Source of the DNA: Phoronis australis | Lineage: Eukaryota; Animalia; Phoronida | Assembly (NCBI GenBank): GCA_002633005.1 | Contig: NMRA01000403.1 | Coordinates: forward strand, 334,309 to 398,308 | Direction of reading: 5' to 3' | DNA length: 64,000 nt | Shown here: positions 63,214 to 64,000 of the stretch, piece after piece | How the letters are laid out: every line of letters starts with the position of its first letter | Position numbering within the stretch: position 1 is the first letter of the stretch | Position numbers and translations under genes: made by a program | The notes under the pieces: model-generated | What the model saw: only the letters and a program-made list of their open reading frames with translations | What the model was told of the DNA's origin: nothing | Databases searched by the model: none

Positions 63214-64000
63214 CTTAAAGTCCTGCTCTCAAACTGCCCATGTGGTTCCAGTATCCGAAAATACTTACTACATAAAATCGTATTTTCGACACCGTTTCTT
63301 TATATTCTTTTCGCCTTTCTTGCCAAAAGCGATTTTTAACCGTATTTGACCCTTCTCTGTGAGCGTATAATTACCGGCTTTCATCGTTATTTCCGTACCC
63401 ACATTTCCGGCTCATCAGTTCAGGAACTTGTCCTGAACGCCGCCATTTTCCCTTGTAACTGAATGTGCTATCGCTTGCTCGAAAAGTCTTCGTTATTTTG
63501 TTTTATTAGTAATATCTCGTGATTAGTTTGCATATGTAGTGTATGTATAGTTTGTAGTTAGTTGTCGTTGAATTTTTTTGGAATGTTACGCGTACTTATT
63601 ATGTTAAAATAGCATTGGTGTTTAGTTCCTTACGTAGGCCGGTCGAACCTAGGAACCAATATGGGTCGAACCAATTTTTTTCGTTTTGATTTTTTTTTTC
63701 TCGTTTTGAAAAAGTACTTTGCTATCATCGGAAAGTTACAGTAGTGAATTCTACACAGAAAAATCCAAAAAGTATCAAATTCGGGGCAAGCAGTGTAAAG
63801 TTATTGCAATTTTTGTGGCGAAATTTGGGTCACTTTGTATGGATCGCCTCGGCCACATTGGAGGACAGCGGGATAAGTTACGGGTTTAAAACTTTGTGTA
63901 AATTGTTTTCGCCAACAAATTACGGTGAAATTTAGTTAGACATATCTTTACTTACTATTATGCACAATTCAACAGTGTTCACCAAATTTCAGTCTCGCAG
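63214..64000 (+). repeat. Dispersed repeat copy 2, runs off the window end
   Basis: Direct-orientation homolog of 51218-52002. Confidence 0.85.

Overview
Eukaryotic (metazoan) genomic DNA, AT-rich and intron-rich, from a draft assembly with two N gaps (6974-7273, 52246-52972) and three single-N joins that each separate near-identical duplicated segments, probably uncollapsed haplotypes. A marine invertebrate, plausibly a deuterostome, is inferred; the species cannot be determined. Three spliced genes were reconstructed exon by exon with GT-AG sites and consistent phases: DDX31/Dbp7 DEAD-box helicase (minus, 17 coding exons, about 701 aa), AK8 tandem adenylate kinase (plus, 11 coding exons, about 480 aa, head-to-head with DDX31, only 144 bp between the ATGs), and an AGPAT1/2-type lysophosphatidic acid acyltransferase (minus, 6 coding exons, about 274 aa). 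The human counterparts DDX31, AK8 and AGPAT2 all map to 9q34, part of the MHC paralogon. The last 17 kb is repeat-rich. It holds one intact 404-aa ORF with no introns in the coding region, encoding an atypical protein kinase-like domain (catalytic loop LYDVSGSN, RIO/Bud32-like), plus a decayed THAP domain, a tRNA-derived sequence and two repeat pairs offset by about 12 kb. Many MITEs and minisatellites are present. There is no CRISPR array or prokaryotic system. The atypical kinase and its repeat context are the best candidate for something undescribed.
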